Below are positions 36,721 through 49,925 of a stretch of DNA of 63,474 bases, in pieces. Location: assembly GCF_004010195.1 (NCBI RefSeq), contig NC_057719.1:82693060-82756533 (forward strand), given 5' to 3'. Numbering within the stretch: position 1 is the stretch's first letter; every line of letters begins with the position of its first letter. Below the pieces are notes generated by a model. It had not been told where the DNA came from. It did not search any database and was given only the letters and a program-made list of their open reading frames with translations. This DNA comes from Chiloscyllium plagiosum (lineage: Eukaryota). The translations under genes and the position numbers were made by a program.

Positions 36721-38619
36721 GATAGAGATTATAACATTTAAAAGGCATTTGGATGGGTAAATGAATAGGAAGGGTTTGGAGGGAGATGGGCCGGGTGCTG
36801 GCAGGTGGGACTAGATTGGGTTGGGATATCCGGTCGGCATAAACGGGTTGGACCGAAGGGTCTGTTTCCGTGCTGTACATCTCTGTGACTCTATGACTCT
36901 ATTATGTTGGTAGAGTTCAATGGAATAATGATACAGTGGAAATGTTTCCAGAATGGTAATCTAGGAAACCCAGCTAAACGGCACAAGGTTCATATCCCAC
37001 TAAGGCAGCTGGTGGAATTTGAATTCAATCAATAAAGGAAAAATGTGGAAAAATGTAGTAAAACTAGTCTTAGTATTGGTGACCATGAAACTGATTTTTG
37101 AAGGAAACCACCTTGTTCACTAATGCAAGGATACCCCAGATATGACTGGGATATGAAGTAATGATTCCAGATGCATAGAGCAATGTGGCCAACTCTTAAC
37201 TACCCTCTGAAAAGGCCTAGCAACCAAGGCCTAGCAACCTAGCAAGAGCAGTTAGGGATAGGAAATAATTGCTGGCCTTGCCCCGTTAAACCTACATGCC
37301 ATGAAAGGAAAAAGAACAGGAGGAGGGTGAGGGGCTGTCTCCTGTGAATTGGATAGGGCAAATGGCCTGCTTCCTTGCTGCAAATTTAAAGTAACTCTAA
37401 TCCTGACCCCTGATCGTTGCTTCAGAAAATGGCGGCCCACCACCAAGCCCAATAAGGGTTGGGTAATAAAAGCCAGTCCAGCCAATGATACCCACGTCCC
37501 ACAGACTCACAAATGAAATACGGATTACAAAATGTTTTCAGTTTAAATGGAATTCCTCATCAAAAAGGCACAGAGTTAATTACAATAAATTGACATTGAT
37601 CCTGATTCAAGATACTTCTATCATCCTGTTTATACTTTGTAACAGAAAATGCTGAAGCAGCCCACACTAAATTTAACCATCTGGTCCCATTTAAAGAGGT
37701 GGCAACTGAGGATTAGAACATTTCCTGTGAGGATAAGATGTTGCCTTGGAAACCAAGGACTTCCTGCTGCAAACAATTCTACAATATCATTATTTTTCAA
37801 TATCAAATGTCGCAATGACTATCTGTGATATTATCCCACAAACACCCGGTCTAAATTCTCCCCATCGCGAAATGAAGGAGGAGATTGACTATTTCAAAGG
37901 TTTAAGCAGATGTAAAGTAATGTAGAGGCTGGAAATCTGAGATTGAAAGAGGGAATGTTGGACTTGCTTGATAGGTTGGGCAGCACCGATGGATAGAGAA
38001 GCTGCTAATGTTGCAGGTCCAGAGACATTCAGTCCTGTTCAAACAGTAATGTCAGACTTGAGTTTCCAGTCCTACACACAGGTGCAGATATTGGGAAATG
38101 TCCAGTCTCAGCCTCCATGCCTTAGGGGTGTATTTGCTTGCTTTGGCTGGATTTTCATTCCGGAAGGCAGGAGGGGTGGGTGATGAGTGGAATTTGGCTC
38201 CTTCACTCCCCCAGAAGGAGTTAGGAGGGCTGCTATTTTTGATGACATGAGCTGCTTAGATTCCCCAACATTGTGCTCCGGGGATTTTGTCCCAGTTGTA
38301 ATAATGACAGTCGAACAAACAAGCGTTCTTCCACCTGTCAGTCCTCATACCCCCATTCTTCATTCCTCCTCGTGTACTGTGCACCCAACCCTTGTATCCT
38401 CCTTACAAACTTATACACCACTACCCACAGGCTGGGACGGCGGGGGCACTGTTTACAAAGAAGGAGTTGCCCACTTCTTGATGTTAAGAAAGGCTGGAGG
38501 CAATCTGGAACTGTCTTTTGCGCAAGAATTAACATCCCAGAACCATGATTAAGATTATTAGGTTGGTATATAACTGCAGATATCAGTTGAATCATATTTC
38601 TAGACTTGAAATCCAGTTA

Positions 38620-40570
38620 ATCAAACAAAACGCAGATAGATTGCAAGGCAGGTGATGTGTTGCAGCTGTAGTGTGTGCAAGCTACTGGACGCCTGTGTGA
38701 TCCACGGTAACCACATCCGCAGTAGGTGGCTGCAGCTTGAGGAACTTTGCCGAAGAGCTCTGGACACTGCGAAGCATCATGGAGGTGGAAGTTCCATGGA
38801 CACGTGATTTGAGGAGGCAGCCACACCCTTAGGTTTAGGTACTTCTGATTCGTTCTGTGGTCAGGGACGAGAGGATGCGACTGAATGAGAAGGAGAATAA
38901 AGCAGCAATGAAGGTGCTCCTGCAGTTTAGCAGCAGATTCAATATTTTTGCAGCCTGTGTCGTCGAGAGCAGTGAATACAAGGAGAATGAGCACCCCGTG
39001 GTGCAGGGGGCTATTCAAGTGGGGAATGAACAGGAATATAGCTGCAGAACAGTATAGGTTGGGGAATACTTTTCAGGGCTGGAGATGAACTTGGTTTGGA
39101 GGGGATTGACCCAATTGTTATGGGCCATGTGGGTCTCACTGGAGTAGCACACTGGAAATCAAGCCCTTCTATTCCAGGAGGCATTACAAAAGCTAAAGAT
39201 TTTATTAAAATACGCACAATTCCCCAAAAACCAAGTTCTCCTGAGAGAGTATGAGTAGCTAAATTACAAGGGTAATCGTCTCTGGATTATCACCTGCGCC
39301 ATGAGCAAATTGACATATTATAAATAAGGTCAGGGATTTGAATATGTAACTCAAAGATTAGTGTGGGAGAAATGGGTTTTGATTTGTGAAAATTAGCTTT
39401 AAAGTCATAGAAAGGAGGGAGGTTTAGACAAAGATAAAAGACCATTGAAAGTTATATTAATGTACTGGTATTCATAACAAGGTTGAAGAACAGTGACGCA
39501 AATAGAGTTAAATGGTTTAGATCTAACTACCATTACAGATACATGGTTATAAAGTGCCCAAGGTCAAGAAATAAAGTGCACGACAACGCAACAAGACAGG
39601 CAGATTGGAAAAGGAGGAGAATTAGTTTTCATGGTAAAGGATAGCATAACAACAATCCACATTAAGTTTGAAAATGACATACTTAAATCACAAGCAAGAA
39701 ACTTAAACTTAAATAACGCCAGTTAGACAGATGTGAGGGGAGGACTAGCTAAGGTTAATTGGCTGAATGAAACAAAAAGTATAATGGTGAATAAACAGAG
39801 AAAAATATTTGAAGAAATAATTCAAACTGTTCAACAAAAATACATTCCATTGTAAAACAGAAACTCAGCAAGAAAGATCTATCCGTGGCTCAATCAGAAA
39901 GTTAAGAGTAATATTAGATTTAAAGAAGTGACTTATAATGTTGAAAAGCACAGCAGCAAGTCTGAGATTTGGATTGTTTTAGAAATCAGCAGGTGACCAC
40001 CAAACAATTTGATGAATTGGGAAACAATAGAAATGAAGTAAATTATCCAGGAATATGAAACATATTGTAAGTATTATAAAAAGGAAGAGAGTAGCTAAAA
40101 TAAATTTTAGAGGAGGAGACAAGAGAAATTACCATGGAGAATGAGGATATGGCAGAGACATTGAACAAGTATTTTGTGCCTATCTTTAGAATAGATGACA
40201 TATGTTCAAAATCAAAGATAAATGGTAACCTAGGGACTGATAAAGTGAACAAATTAATCAAATTAATATTAGCAGAGTACTGGAGAAACTTGAGGGACTA
40301 AAATAAGACAAAATCCCTCAGACCTAATGACCTACCTCATAGGATTCTAAAAGCAAGAGCTACGGGGATAATGGATACTCTGGCTATGATTTTCCAAAGT
40401 TCTCTAGATTCTAGAATGTTCCCAGCAGATAGGAAATGAGCCAATAAAGCATCACTATTAAAGAAAGGAGAGAGAGGGAATAAAAACAGGGAAGCACAGG
40501 CCTGACATCAGTCATCTGGAAAGTGCTGGAATCTATCAGTAATAGAATCTATTAGCAAGGCATTTAGAAA
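38620..40570 (+). mobile_element. Old, heavily decayed CR1 LINE (ORF1 Cys finger to ORF2)
   Basis: QVMCCSC-like start, SNRFN-like segment, LNKYFVPIF and KGERG..GKHRP remnants. Confidence 0.6.
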
Positions 40571-41741
40571 TATATAGTATGCTTCGAGGTAGAGACAAAG
40601 TTATAGGAGATATTTTACTACACAGACAAGTGTTTTAATATCAATGAGTTGCAGGATTGGGAGCAAATGTCATTAAAGAGCACAGGAGTGAAGATTGAAT
40701 GAAACTTGAAGAGAGCTAGAATTTGAGAAATACTTTTCTTTTTGAGCTTGCCAATGGAGAAGTGATAGATCATAAAAGGAAGCCGTTCATCTCATATTTA
40801 TGTGAATCAATAAAAGACGATTCCAATTAGTCCCACTTACTGCCAATTTTTTCTTGACAATTTTATATCCAATTTCCTTTTAAGAGCAGGTCCCTGTACA
40901 TGAATATGCAGCGCTGATAATTAAACAGAAATAAACTTTGCTTTGAACGGCTGTTATTGCAGTGATTAACACACGTAGGATTGTTCGGCAAGTCCTGCCC
41001 AGTTACAGAAACACATCAAACAGCACCTGTTTCTTTTTGGGTTTTGCAAGCTTGGTCTGCTTGAGCACGGCTGACAGATAGACAGAGGAACATGCTATTT
41101 TCTTTTTGATCAGCCAACCATTGGGACGTACTTGGCATTGTACCAGCTCTGAAATTCCGACACGATATTGCTCAGTCATGTGGTGGGCAGAAAATCCTTT
41201 TGGTCTGATGCCAGTATCCTGTTAGTCGGGAATACCACTCACTGCCCAGTAGCCGTACCCAAACAGCTTGCTTAACTTATTGTTCAGAATTTTGAGAGAC
41301 TGGAGATTTTTGTTAAGGAATGTGACCGCAAAGCTCACCAAATCCTTCAATAGAGTTAAATATACCCTGGTCGTTCTCACTAACCCCTCTGGTTAAATAC
41401 GCCACAGGCAGAACCTGAGCCCTGATCCCTGCTTGGTGGTTATGTTTTGGGCATGAACCAAGGTGGTAACATCTGTGATGTGGTTGGGTGGTTCTCGGCT
41501 CCTGGCTCCGTGAGTCAGAAGATTGTGGGTTCAATTCCAGCTCCAGAGACATCAGTCCACATAATCTAAAAGGAAAGAAATATTCAAGTGGAAAGAGAGG
41601 TTGGGGTGTTTGTGGCAAATAAACTGTCCTTACATCAGGCGCTCTTAAATCTGGTAATGGTGACACTGTCAAGGCACATGTGGACATGTTGAATAAGTAC
41701 TTTGTGTCAGTATTTACAGCAGAGGATGACATTAGAATGAT

Positions 41742-42075
41742 GGGCAGCACAGTGGCTCAGCGGTTAGCACTGCTGCCTTACAACGCCAGGGTCCTGGGTT
41801 CGATTCCAGCCTCAGGCGACTGTCTGTGTGGAGTTTGCACATTCTCCCTGTGTCCATGTGGGTTTCCTCCAGGTGCTCCCATTTCATCCCACAGTCCAAA
41901 GATGTGCTTGCCAGGTGGCTTGGCTATGGAAAATTGCCTTTGGTGTGCAGGCTAGGTGGATTAGCCATGGGAAATGCAGGGTGATAGGCTGGATCATGGG
42001 TGGGATGCTCCTTGGAGGGTCAGTGGAGACTCAATGGGTTGAATGGCCTGCTTTCACACTGTAAGGATTCTATGG
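41742..42075 (+). mobile_element. HE1/V-type SINE
   Basis: GGGCAGCACAGTGGCTCAGCGGTTAGC, GGTTCGATTCC and the V core. Confidence 0.87.
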
Positions 42076-45000
42076 TTTTCCTCAGATTTGAATCAGAAAC
42101 AGGGAGATAACAAACATAGTAAACAAATTATCAATAAGGATTCAATGATCGATCCCTTGGACCTGTTGACTTCCATCTCAGGCTTATGACAGCCAGTTAG
42201 CTGAGCATCAGTGTTTGGGAAATTATGGGTACCAGCGATTGGTGGTAGAGTGAGTGGTTACTGTGACAGTGTATAGCAGGTAACAGAGAGCCAGTGTAGG
42301 GTAGGCCAACTGGTGAGGTTGGGGGATTGGGAGAGTCAGGGAATGGGAGGGTTGGAGAATAAGAGAGGAATTAAGGGTTGGAGATTGTGGAAGTTCAGGG
42401 AATGGCAGGATCAGGAAGTGGGAAGTAGGTGAGCAGAAAGTGGATTAGTCAGCGAGGCATGGGGGATAGACAGACAGGATTGGGTAGAAGCATGCTTGGG
42501 TGGCAGGAGGGAAGGTGAGCAGGAGATGTGGCTAGCCGATAGGTTGCTGAGCGTGAGGTAAGCTGGCAAGAGTTAGCATATTCCTTTCATATATTTCAAT
42601 TGATTTTCAAAATTATTTCACTCACAATAATAGCCCCTACAATGCCCATGGGGAATCCTAGTGAAGTTTGATAACTATGAGTTCCCTTGGTAACAGACAA
42701 TGGCCTGTCCAGCCGGAACTCATCACCTAAGCCTAGTCCCTATCTCTGAATCGGGCGGCCCGAGTTCAAATCCCACTGCCTCTGAACCAAGTCAGCAGTC
42801 ACACGACACCAGGTTATAGTCCAACAGGTTTATTTGAAATCACAAGCTTTCGGAATGCTGCCCGTTTGGTCTCTGCTGACTGCCTGCCCATCTTCTACGC
42901 TTATGGTGGTGACCAATGAGAGGGATGCAGTGCATTATCTCTCCCTCCTACTCCATTTGATATGGCCCCTTCTCTCTCTCCCTACACTCCTTTTCACTTC
43001 TGATGATCTGCATTATTCTCAGTGGGTTTCACTTGTAAATATTGAATTGGCTACGTGGGTGTTTTATTGGTGTTTAAACAGGGAAACAAAACACAAAAAC
43101 AAAAATCACTGTGATTTTCCTGGTGGGAAAGCCGCTCGGTTGTGTGTGATAACACTATGGGGTATAAAAGAAAGTGAAAAAATAAAGCAGGTCCAAAAGG
43201 AGGGTTCTTGTGCTGCAGTGGTAGTGTCCCTACTTCTGAGCAAGGAGAGCCTGGGTTCAAGTGCCAGCAGCTCCAGAGGTGTGTAATAACATCTTTAAGT
43301 AGATTGATATTTAAAATCTAGAATGGCTGTGGTGGCACAGTGAAAGTGTGATCCTGACGTCGAGAGTGTGGGGCGCTGGAAAAGCACAACAGGTCAGGCA
43401 GCATCCGGGGAGCAGGAGGATCAGCGTTTCAGACACAAGCCTTTCATCAGGAATCTGGTCCAGAGGGCCGAGGTTAAGTCCTGCCTGCTGCAGTGGTGTG
43501 TAATAACAGGTGAATAAACAGGAGAATTCTCAAAGCAGACTCAGGTCTGCAGAATGGCCTGTCCCAGCCTATGTATGCCATGGGTGGGGGCTCTAAATTT
43601 GTGTTCAGCAATAAACAGTCCAGTTTCCAAAGTTATTTGCTTACAAATGTAGAAATGGTTCACAGTTTCAACTTACAACTTCAATGGCTGTTTCTGATGA
43701 GAAAGGTACAATGGAACACATCTACAGCATTTTTTTAACTCTGGAATGTGGGCATCTCCATCGAGGTGAGCATTCATTGACCGTCGCTAATTGCCCATGA
43801 GCTTGATAGGTCAGAGGTCACAACAGTCAACCGCATGGCTGTGGGTCTAGAGCCACATGTAGACAAGACCAGATAAGGATGGCAGATTTCCTTCCCTGAA
43901 AGACATTAGCAGGCCAGATGTTGTTTTTCCAATATTTGATGATAGTTTGATGGGTACCACCACTGACACTTTTTTTAAAAACTGAATTCAAATTGTGGCA
44001 ATTACTGTGATGGGATTTGTACTCACGTACCAGCGCAGTAGTCTGAGACTCTGGATTAGTGACCTTACCATGACACCACATCTCCCACTACATCACACGA
44101 ATTGTGATGGGATTATCAAATTAGGTTGTCATGTTGTTTAAAGTGCACTTTTCAGTAATGAACTACAACTTTAAGCCAGGAATTATTGTCTTTAAATAAA
44201 TCTTGATAATTACTTAACAATTTTTTTAAAAAGTGTGGGTAGTAGAGGGGTGAAAGATGTTGCAGAAAGATCAGCCACAATTGGATTGAATAGCTGAACA
44301 GGCTTGAAGGGCTGAATGAACTCCTGCTCCTATTTCTTATGTAAACCTGTGTAAGGAGGCCCTCTGGAACTTAACAAGAGCTGAATAAATAAACACTGTG
44401 TTCTGTGGAATGGAGTGATGACCTAATTTAGGCAGAATGGTTCATAGTTAGTATTATCCATTTCAAAGGAAGATGCAGTGAGGAGTTATTTATGAATTCT
44501 GACAGATCTCAGGATCTCTCCTTCTGTTTATCCATCTGTGTGAATGTCTGTCACGCCTGTCACCTTTTCTCTCGGATTTGTGTGTGTGTGTGTGTCTAAG
44601 TGTGTGTCTGTTTGTGTGTATGAGTGAATATGTATGTTCCAGTTTCTGTACACCTGTATGGCTTGTAAACATCAACTCCCATTTGCTTTTACACACAAAT
44701 ATTCAGTCACTCACGCACTTCACTTACAAAGCAGCAAGTCCCTAATTCTCAGACAAAAAGCCTTATCCACACTCACACAAATCCTCCCTCTTATGTGGAT
44801 ACTCATCAGTACATCAGAGTTATCAACTCTGCAGGATTGGCCCTGTTCTGCGAATAGTGGACCAATGGCAGGGGAAAGATGCAGTGGCATGGAATGGTGG
44901 TGGGAGGACTGAAGGCGATGATGGTATTGATTAAGCACACCAACGTTCTGCAGCTGTATATACATATTCTGCCACTCTGTGTTTGTTAAAGAATAATCCC

Positions 45001-45750
45001 CCAGACACTGCTGTAACCATTCAGGAGGTTGGTAACCCCGGCACAAGCAGACATTTCCTCATATACACACACAAATCCTTTCAGTCGCATCATTCCTTTG
45101 TTTCTCGCACGTGTGTACCCTTTGATATTTTTCTCTCCCTCACGCACCGACACATTCTGATGTAAAGTAAGGACAAAAAAAAGAGCTCAGAGAACTCTTC
45201 AGATCAGCCAGCATCTGTGGAGAGCAACAGAGTTAACACCTCAGATTGACGGCCTCTCATTAGAACATTCTTGTCTAACCTGCACATTTCTTACCATTTG
45301 CAGCTATCTTGATGCATCCAAAATTCTCATTTCCTTTGCTTTTTCTGAATACTTCCCATTTATTCCTAGCACCACATTCCTGGCTATGTCAGTCTTCACC
45401 TCCCAACCCCACTGATGAAGGGTTTATGCCCGAAACATCTATTCTCCTGCTCCTCGGATGCTGCCTGACCTGCCGTGGCTTTTCCAGCACCATGCGTTTT
45501 GACCTCCCAAACCCCTGCTGACTTTTCTTCATGTTCGAGTGTTGGCCAAACCATTTTACAGAGCTGTAGGCGGGATATTTACCAGGTCTCAGACTAGGAG
45601 AGAGTGAAGACTGCCAATACTGGAGATCAGAGTCAAGAGTGCGGTGCTGGAAAAGCACAGCCGGTCAGGCAGCATCCGAGGAGCAGGAGAATTGACGTTT
45701 CGGGGATAAGCACTTCATCATTCCTGATGAGGGGCTTATGCCTGAAATGG

Positions 45751-47460
45751 AACTTTATTGCTGGAACAGCACAGCAGGTCAGGCAGCATCCAGGGAACAG
45801 GAGATTCGACGTTTCGGGCACAGGCCCTTCTTCAGGAATGAGCAGAGAGTGTTCAGCAGGAGAAGATAAAAGGTAGGGAGGAGGGACTTGGAGGAGGGGA
45901 GTTGGAAATGCGATAGGTGGAAAGAGGCCAAGGTGAGGGTGATAGGTCGGAGTAGGATCCTACTCCGACCTATCACCCTCACCTTGACCTCTTTCCACCT
46001 ATCACATTTCCAACGCCCCTCCTCCAAGTCCCTCCTCCCTACCTTTTATCTTCTCCTGCTGAACACTCTCTGCTCATTCCTAAAGAAGGGCCTGTGCCCG
46101 AAACGTCGAATCTCCTGTTCCCTGGATGCTGCCTGACCTGCTGTGCTGTTCCAGCAATAAAGTTTCAACTTTGATATGCAGCAAGACCTAACTTGGAGAT
46201 GTTGGTAGTGGACTGTGGTGGACAAAGATAAAAATCACACAACACCAGGTTATAGTNNNNNNNNNNNNNNNNNNNNNNNNNNNNATGGAGCTGATCTTGC
46301 TGCTGACATGTTGCTGCCTGTGAGATCCTGCTGTGCTCTGACAGCCTGTGGCAATGCGATCGAAGCAACAACTGTTCTGATAAACCCATAGCTTTAAGTC
46401 TGCCCGATGGATCTGGGATTGAAATTCCTGAACTTTTTCACAATTTGATCGCACTTGCGTTTGCTGAGGGATGTTTTGTCTGAAGGAATGACCGCTTGCT
46501 GTGTAATTTGTTTGAAAATCTCCCCCCTTTTCCAGGTCCAATCATCTCTTTCTCTCCCACTCTCTGCACCCACCCCTTTCAGGAATTGCTGTTTTGAAGC
46601 TACGACAGGATAAGAAATCCTTCCCGTGGACAAACCTTTCCTCCAGAGGGGATGGGCGGAATCGGCCTGTATGTCCTTGGGAGAGTGGGAGGGGGAGTTG
46701 AAGTGTTCAGCCATAGGGCAGTGGGATTTGTTTGGTGCGTGTGTCCCAGAGAGGTTCCCTGAAACAATCTGCAAGACGGTGTCCGTTCTCCGAATGTAGC
46801 AGTAACCACATCGGGTGGAACGGACACAATAGACGAGGTGTTTGGATGCGCAGAAAAATCTCTGCCGGATGTGGAACGATCCTTTGAGGCCTTGGTCGGA
46901 CATGAGCGGGGAGGTGTGGGCGCAGGTCTTAACCTCTTGGAGCGGGGAGGTGTGGGCGCAGGTCTTAACCTCTTGCGGCGGCAGGGGAAGGTAACAGGAG
47001 TGAAGTATGTGTTGGAGGGGAGCGTGGACTTAAAATCAGTGAGTCACAGAGGGAACAGTCTCTGCAGACTGCTTCCACATTCTCTCCATGACTCCCTGGT
47101 GAGGTCCACGTCCCCACTAACCCCCTCCTCCACTCCTGGCACCTTGCCCTGTCACCGAACAAAGTGTAAAACCTGCAGCCACACCTCCCTGTACAATGCC
47201 CCAAAGGACCATTTCCCATCTGGCAGAGATTTTCCTGCACATCCAACCACGTCATCTGCTGTCTGTTGCTCTTGCTGGTGTCTCCCCGACATTGTGGACG
47301 CAGGACGCTAACTTGAGGAATGTTTCAGTGAACATCTACTGGACACACGCACCACCAATCCCAACGCCCTGCAGCTGAGCACATCAACTGACCTGCTGTG
47401 CTGTTCCAGCAATAAAGTTTCAACTTTGATCTCCAGCATCTGCAGACCTCACTTTCTCCT
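45751..47460. mobile_element. Composite Penelope-like insertion: 414-bp palindrome plus GIY-YIG endonuclease fragments, bounded by a 16-bp TSD
   Basis: TSD CTTATGCCTGAAATGG at 45735-45750 and 47461-47476. Minus strand FHIRQRFFCASKHLVYCVRSTRCG and AEHFNSPSHS, plus strand PGTLPCHRTKCKTC, resemble the PLE GIY-YIG region. Confidence 0.75.
45804..45839 (-). ncRNA. Minimal type-I hammerhead ribozyme motif (PLE-associated)
   Basis: Minus strand AUUC-CUGAAGA-A-GGGC CUGU GCCC-GAAA-C-GUC-GAAU: full core, 4-bp stem II, 4-bp stem I, palindromic ACGU in place of stem III, GUC cleavage triplet. Confidence 0.75.
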
Positions 47461-49719
47461 CTTATGCCTGAAATGGCAATTCTCAGGTCTCCAATTATCC
47501 AGCCACCACTGGCTATTTAGGAGCGCCTCGGACCTTCTTTATGCTGTTTTCCAAAGTTGTGACCCTGCCCTAATTCAGTCAACATCATGATGAAAGTGGG
47601 CCTCGGGAAAAACCTCCTCATGCAAAGACGTGTCTCAGTCTTGGTTCCGACAGTATTCGGTTGCTTGCTCGCCTTTTAAATTGACTTCCCTTTCTGTTCC
47701 TGTTTTGCTTCCTCCGCTTCCATTTGAAGTTAACTGGATCCTGACGACTTCGCTTCAAGTGAAGGGCTGTGGCGCTCATGCAGGATGTTCGCTGCTCAGC
47801 TTTTTTTGATATCTTTTAAAAAGAAATCCTTTCAAGTGGGCATTCGCTTTTAATCACTCACTTCCTGTGTATTGTTTAATTAGAAATGCTACCATCTGCT
47901 TCCCCTCTATTCTGCTGGGTGATACAATTTGAAAATTGCAGGAGTCATTCCTGAGCAGTGGTCACTCGAGTCAGCCAGAACAGCACCTGGACGTTTCTGT
48001 TTCAGCGGTCACTGTCAATCCCTTCCATCAAGGGTGTGCCTGACGTTTCTCAATCGCTGGTCTTGCAGGGTTGTCTCAGAGCAGATACTTCAAGCTTGAC
48101 AGTCCAGTGCAGTACTGAGGGAGTGTTGCACTGTCAGAGGTGCCCTGTCTTTTGTATGAGATGCTAAGCCTAACAAACAGGGCATTGGTGAGGCCTGTTC
48201 TGGCGTACAGTGTCTAGTTCTGGTCCTCCTGTTATTGTTAAGCTAGAGAGGATTCAGAAGAGGTTTACCAGGTTGTCAATGGATATGGAGGGTTTGAGTT
48301 ATAAAGAAAGGCTGGATAGGTTGGGACTTCTTTCACTGGAATGTAGAAGGTGGAGAGGTGACCTTGTAGAGGTTTATATCATGAGAGGTGTAGATGCAGT
48401 GAACGGCAGGTGCTCCCTGAGGGTCCAGTTTAAAGCGATTCTCTTTGGAGGGTCAGTGTGGGCTCAATGGGCTGAATGGCCTCCTTCCACACTGTAGGGA
48501 ATCTATAATTCTAACATTACTCAAAGGAGTAGATCCTGAGTGATAGATAATAACTATGCAAAATGGCTAAAATGGCAGAGATGTCAATGGCCTCTTACAG
48601 GCTGCTGACATCATCACATTCCATGCACTGTGGCATCAGCACCAGTGCCCCACTTTTATTTAAAATGTTTTAAGGCCAAGATAGATAAATTCCTGATTGA
48701 TACGGGAGTGAAAGATTATCAGGGATAATGCAGGAATGTAAAGTTTGAGGTTAAAATCGATTCACCAATGGACAGGAGAGCAGGCTCAAGACTGGCCTAC
48801 TCTTGTTTCCATGGAGAGTCTTGCCTGCAGCTCTGATCCACGCACTGACTGCACTCTTCAGAGTTAATTCTGAACTCCTGGCTCTCGCCGTTTTTAAATC
48901 GTGCTTTTAATGCTTTCCAGATTGCTTCAGGCTCCCAAAGAGAAGGTCAACTAAATCGAAAAAAAAGTACCCAAGAGGATCACTGTAATAAACAGTAACA
49001 GCCAAAGCCACAGTTCTCTGTACAGTTTTAGCTGCAGTCATAGCAACGTCTGTATCAGATGATTTATCTCAAATAAAATGCCTTGATGCAGGCAGCACAA
49101 CAGCTTTCAAAGGGAACATGACTGAGAGCTAGAGGGAAAAATGGCGATTGGCCGCACTACCTGTTTATCTATCAAACTATTGATCACAAATACAAGTGAT
49201 TAAATGTGAACTGATCACAAGTAGCAAACTGAGGGACAACCTCTCTGACCATTTCCAGTATTAATTTAGAATGTGGCTGATTGGTACCTTAACTCTGGTT
49301 ACCCCTCTTGGTTCCACAACCCTTCATCCCCTTACCCGACAAAAAATCTCTGGCTTGGAATTTCCAGACGTCCCCAGTAGTGATTTTAGTTTATATTCAC
49401 TCTCAGGATGTGGCTAGGGCAGCATTCATTGCCCATAGGGCAGTCACGAGACAACCACATTGATGTGGGCCTGGGGTCCCATATAAGCCAGACAAGGTAA
49501 AGATGATGGCAAATTTCCTTCCCTAAAGGACATTAGAGAAACAGACAGGTTTCCCCCTGACAATCATTTCATGATCATCATTACACTCTTAATTCCAGAT
49601 TGTTTATTGAATTCAAATTCCACCGTCTGCTGTGGCAGGATCTGAACCCAGGTACCCGGAATGTTAGCTGAATTTCTGGGTTAATAGTGGCAATAATATC
49701 ACGAGGCAATTGCCTGTCC

Positions 49720-49925
49720 TGTAACAAGGTCAGCCAGTGGATATCATTGAATATGAATTCCCTGATTGGAGCTGTTAATCTGGCCTCATCAGGGAGCCCT
49801 GGCTGACAGATAAGAACAGGAGGGTCAGATATCCCGTTCACTATGGTAGCTGGCTCTGAGGGAACTGGATTAATGTCAGGAACTGTCCGTGTGTAAATAA
49901 AGGGTAACGGGATCCCAGCCTCAGT
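49720..49925 (+). mobile_element. Probable solo LTR fragment
   Basis: Starts TGTAAC, carries a CCAAT box on the reverse strand (GATTGG), a TATA-like GATAAGAA and an AATAAA. The 3' boundary is uncertain. Confidence 0.5.

Noticed and set aside
45779..46136. Pair of near-identical 82-aa ORFs on opposite strands
   Set aside because: A by-product of the DNA palindrome, with no coding evidence.
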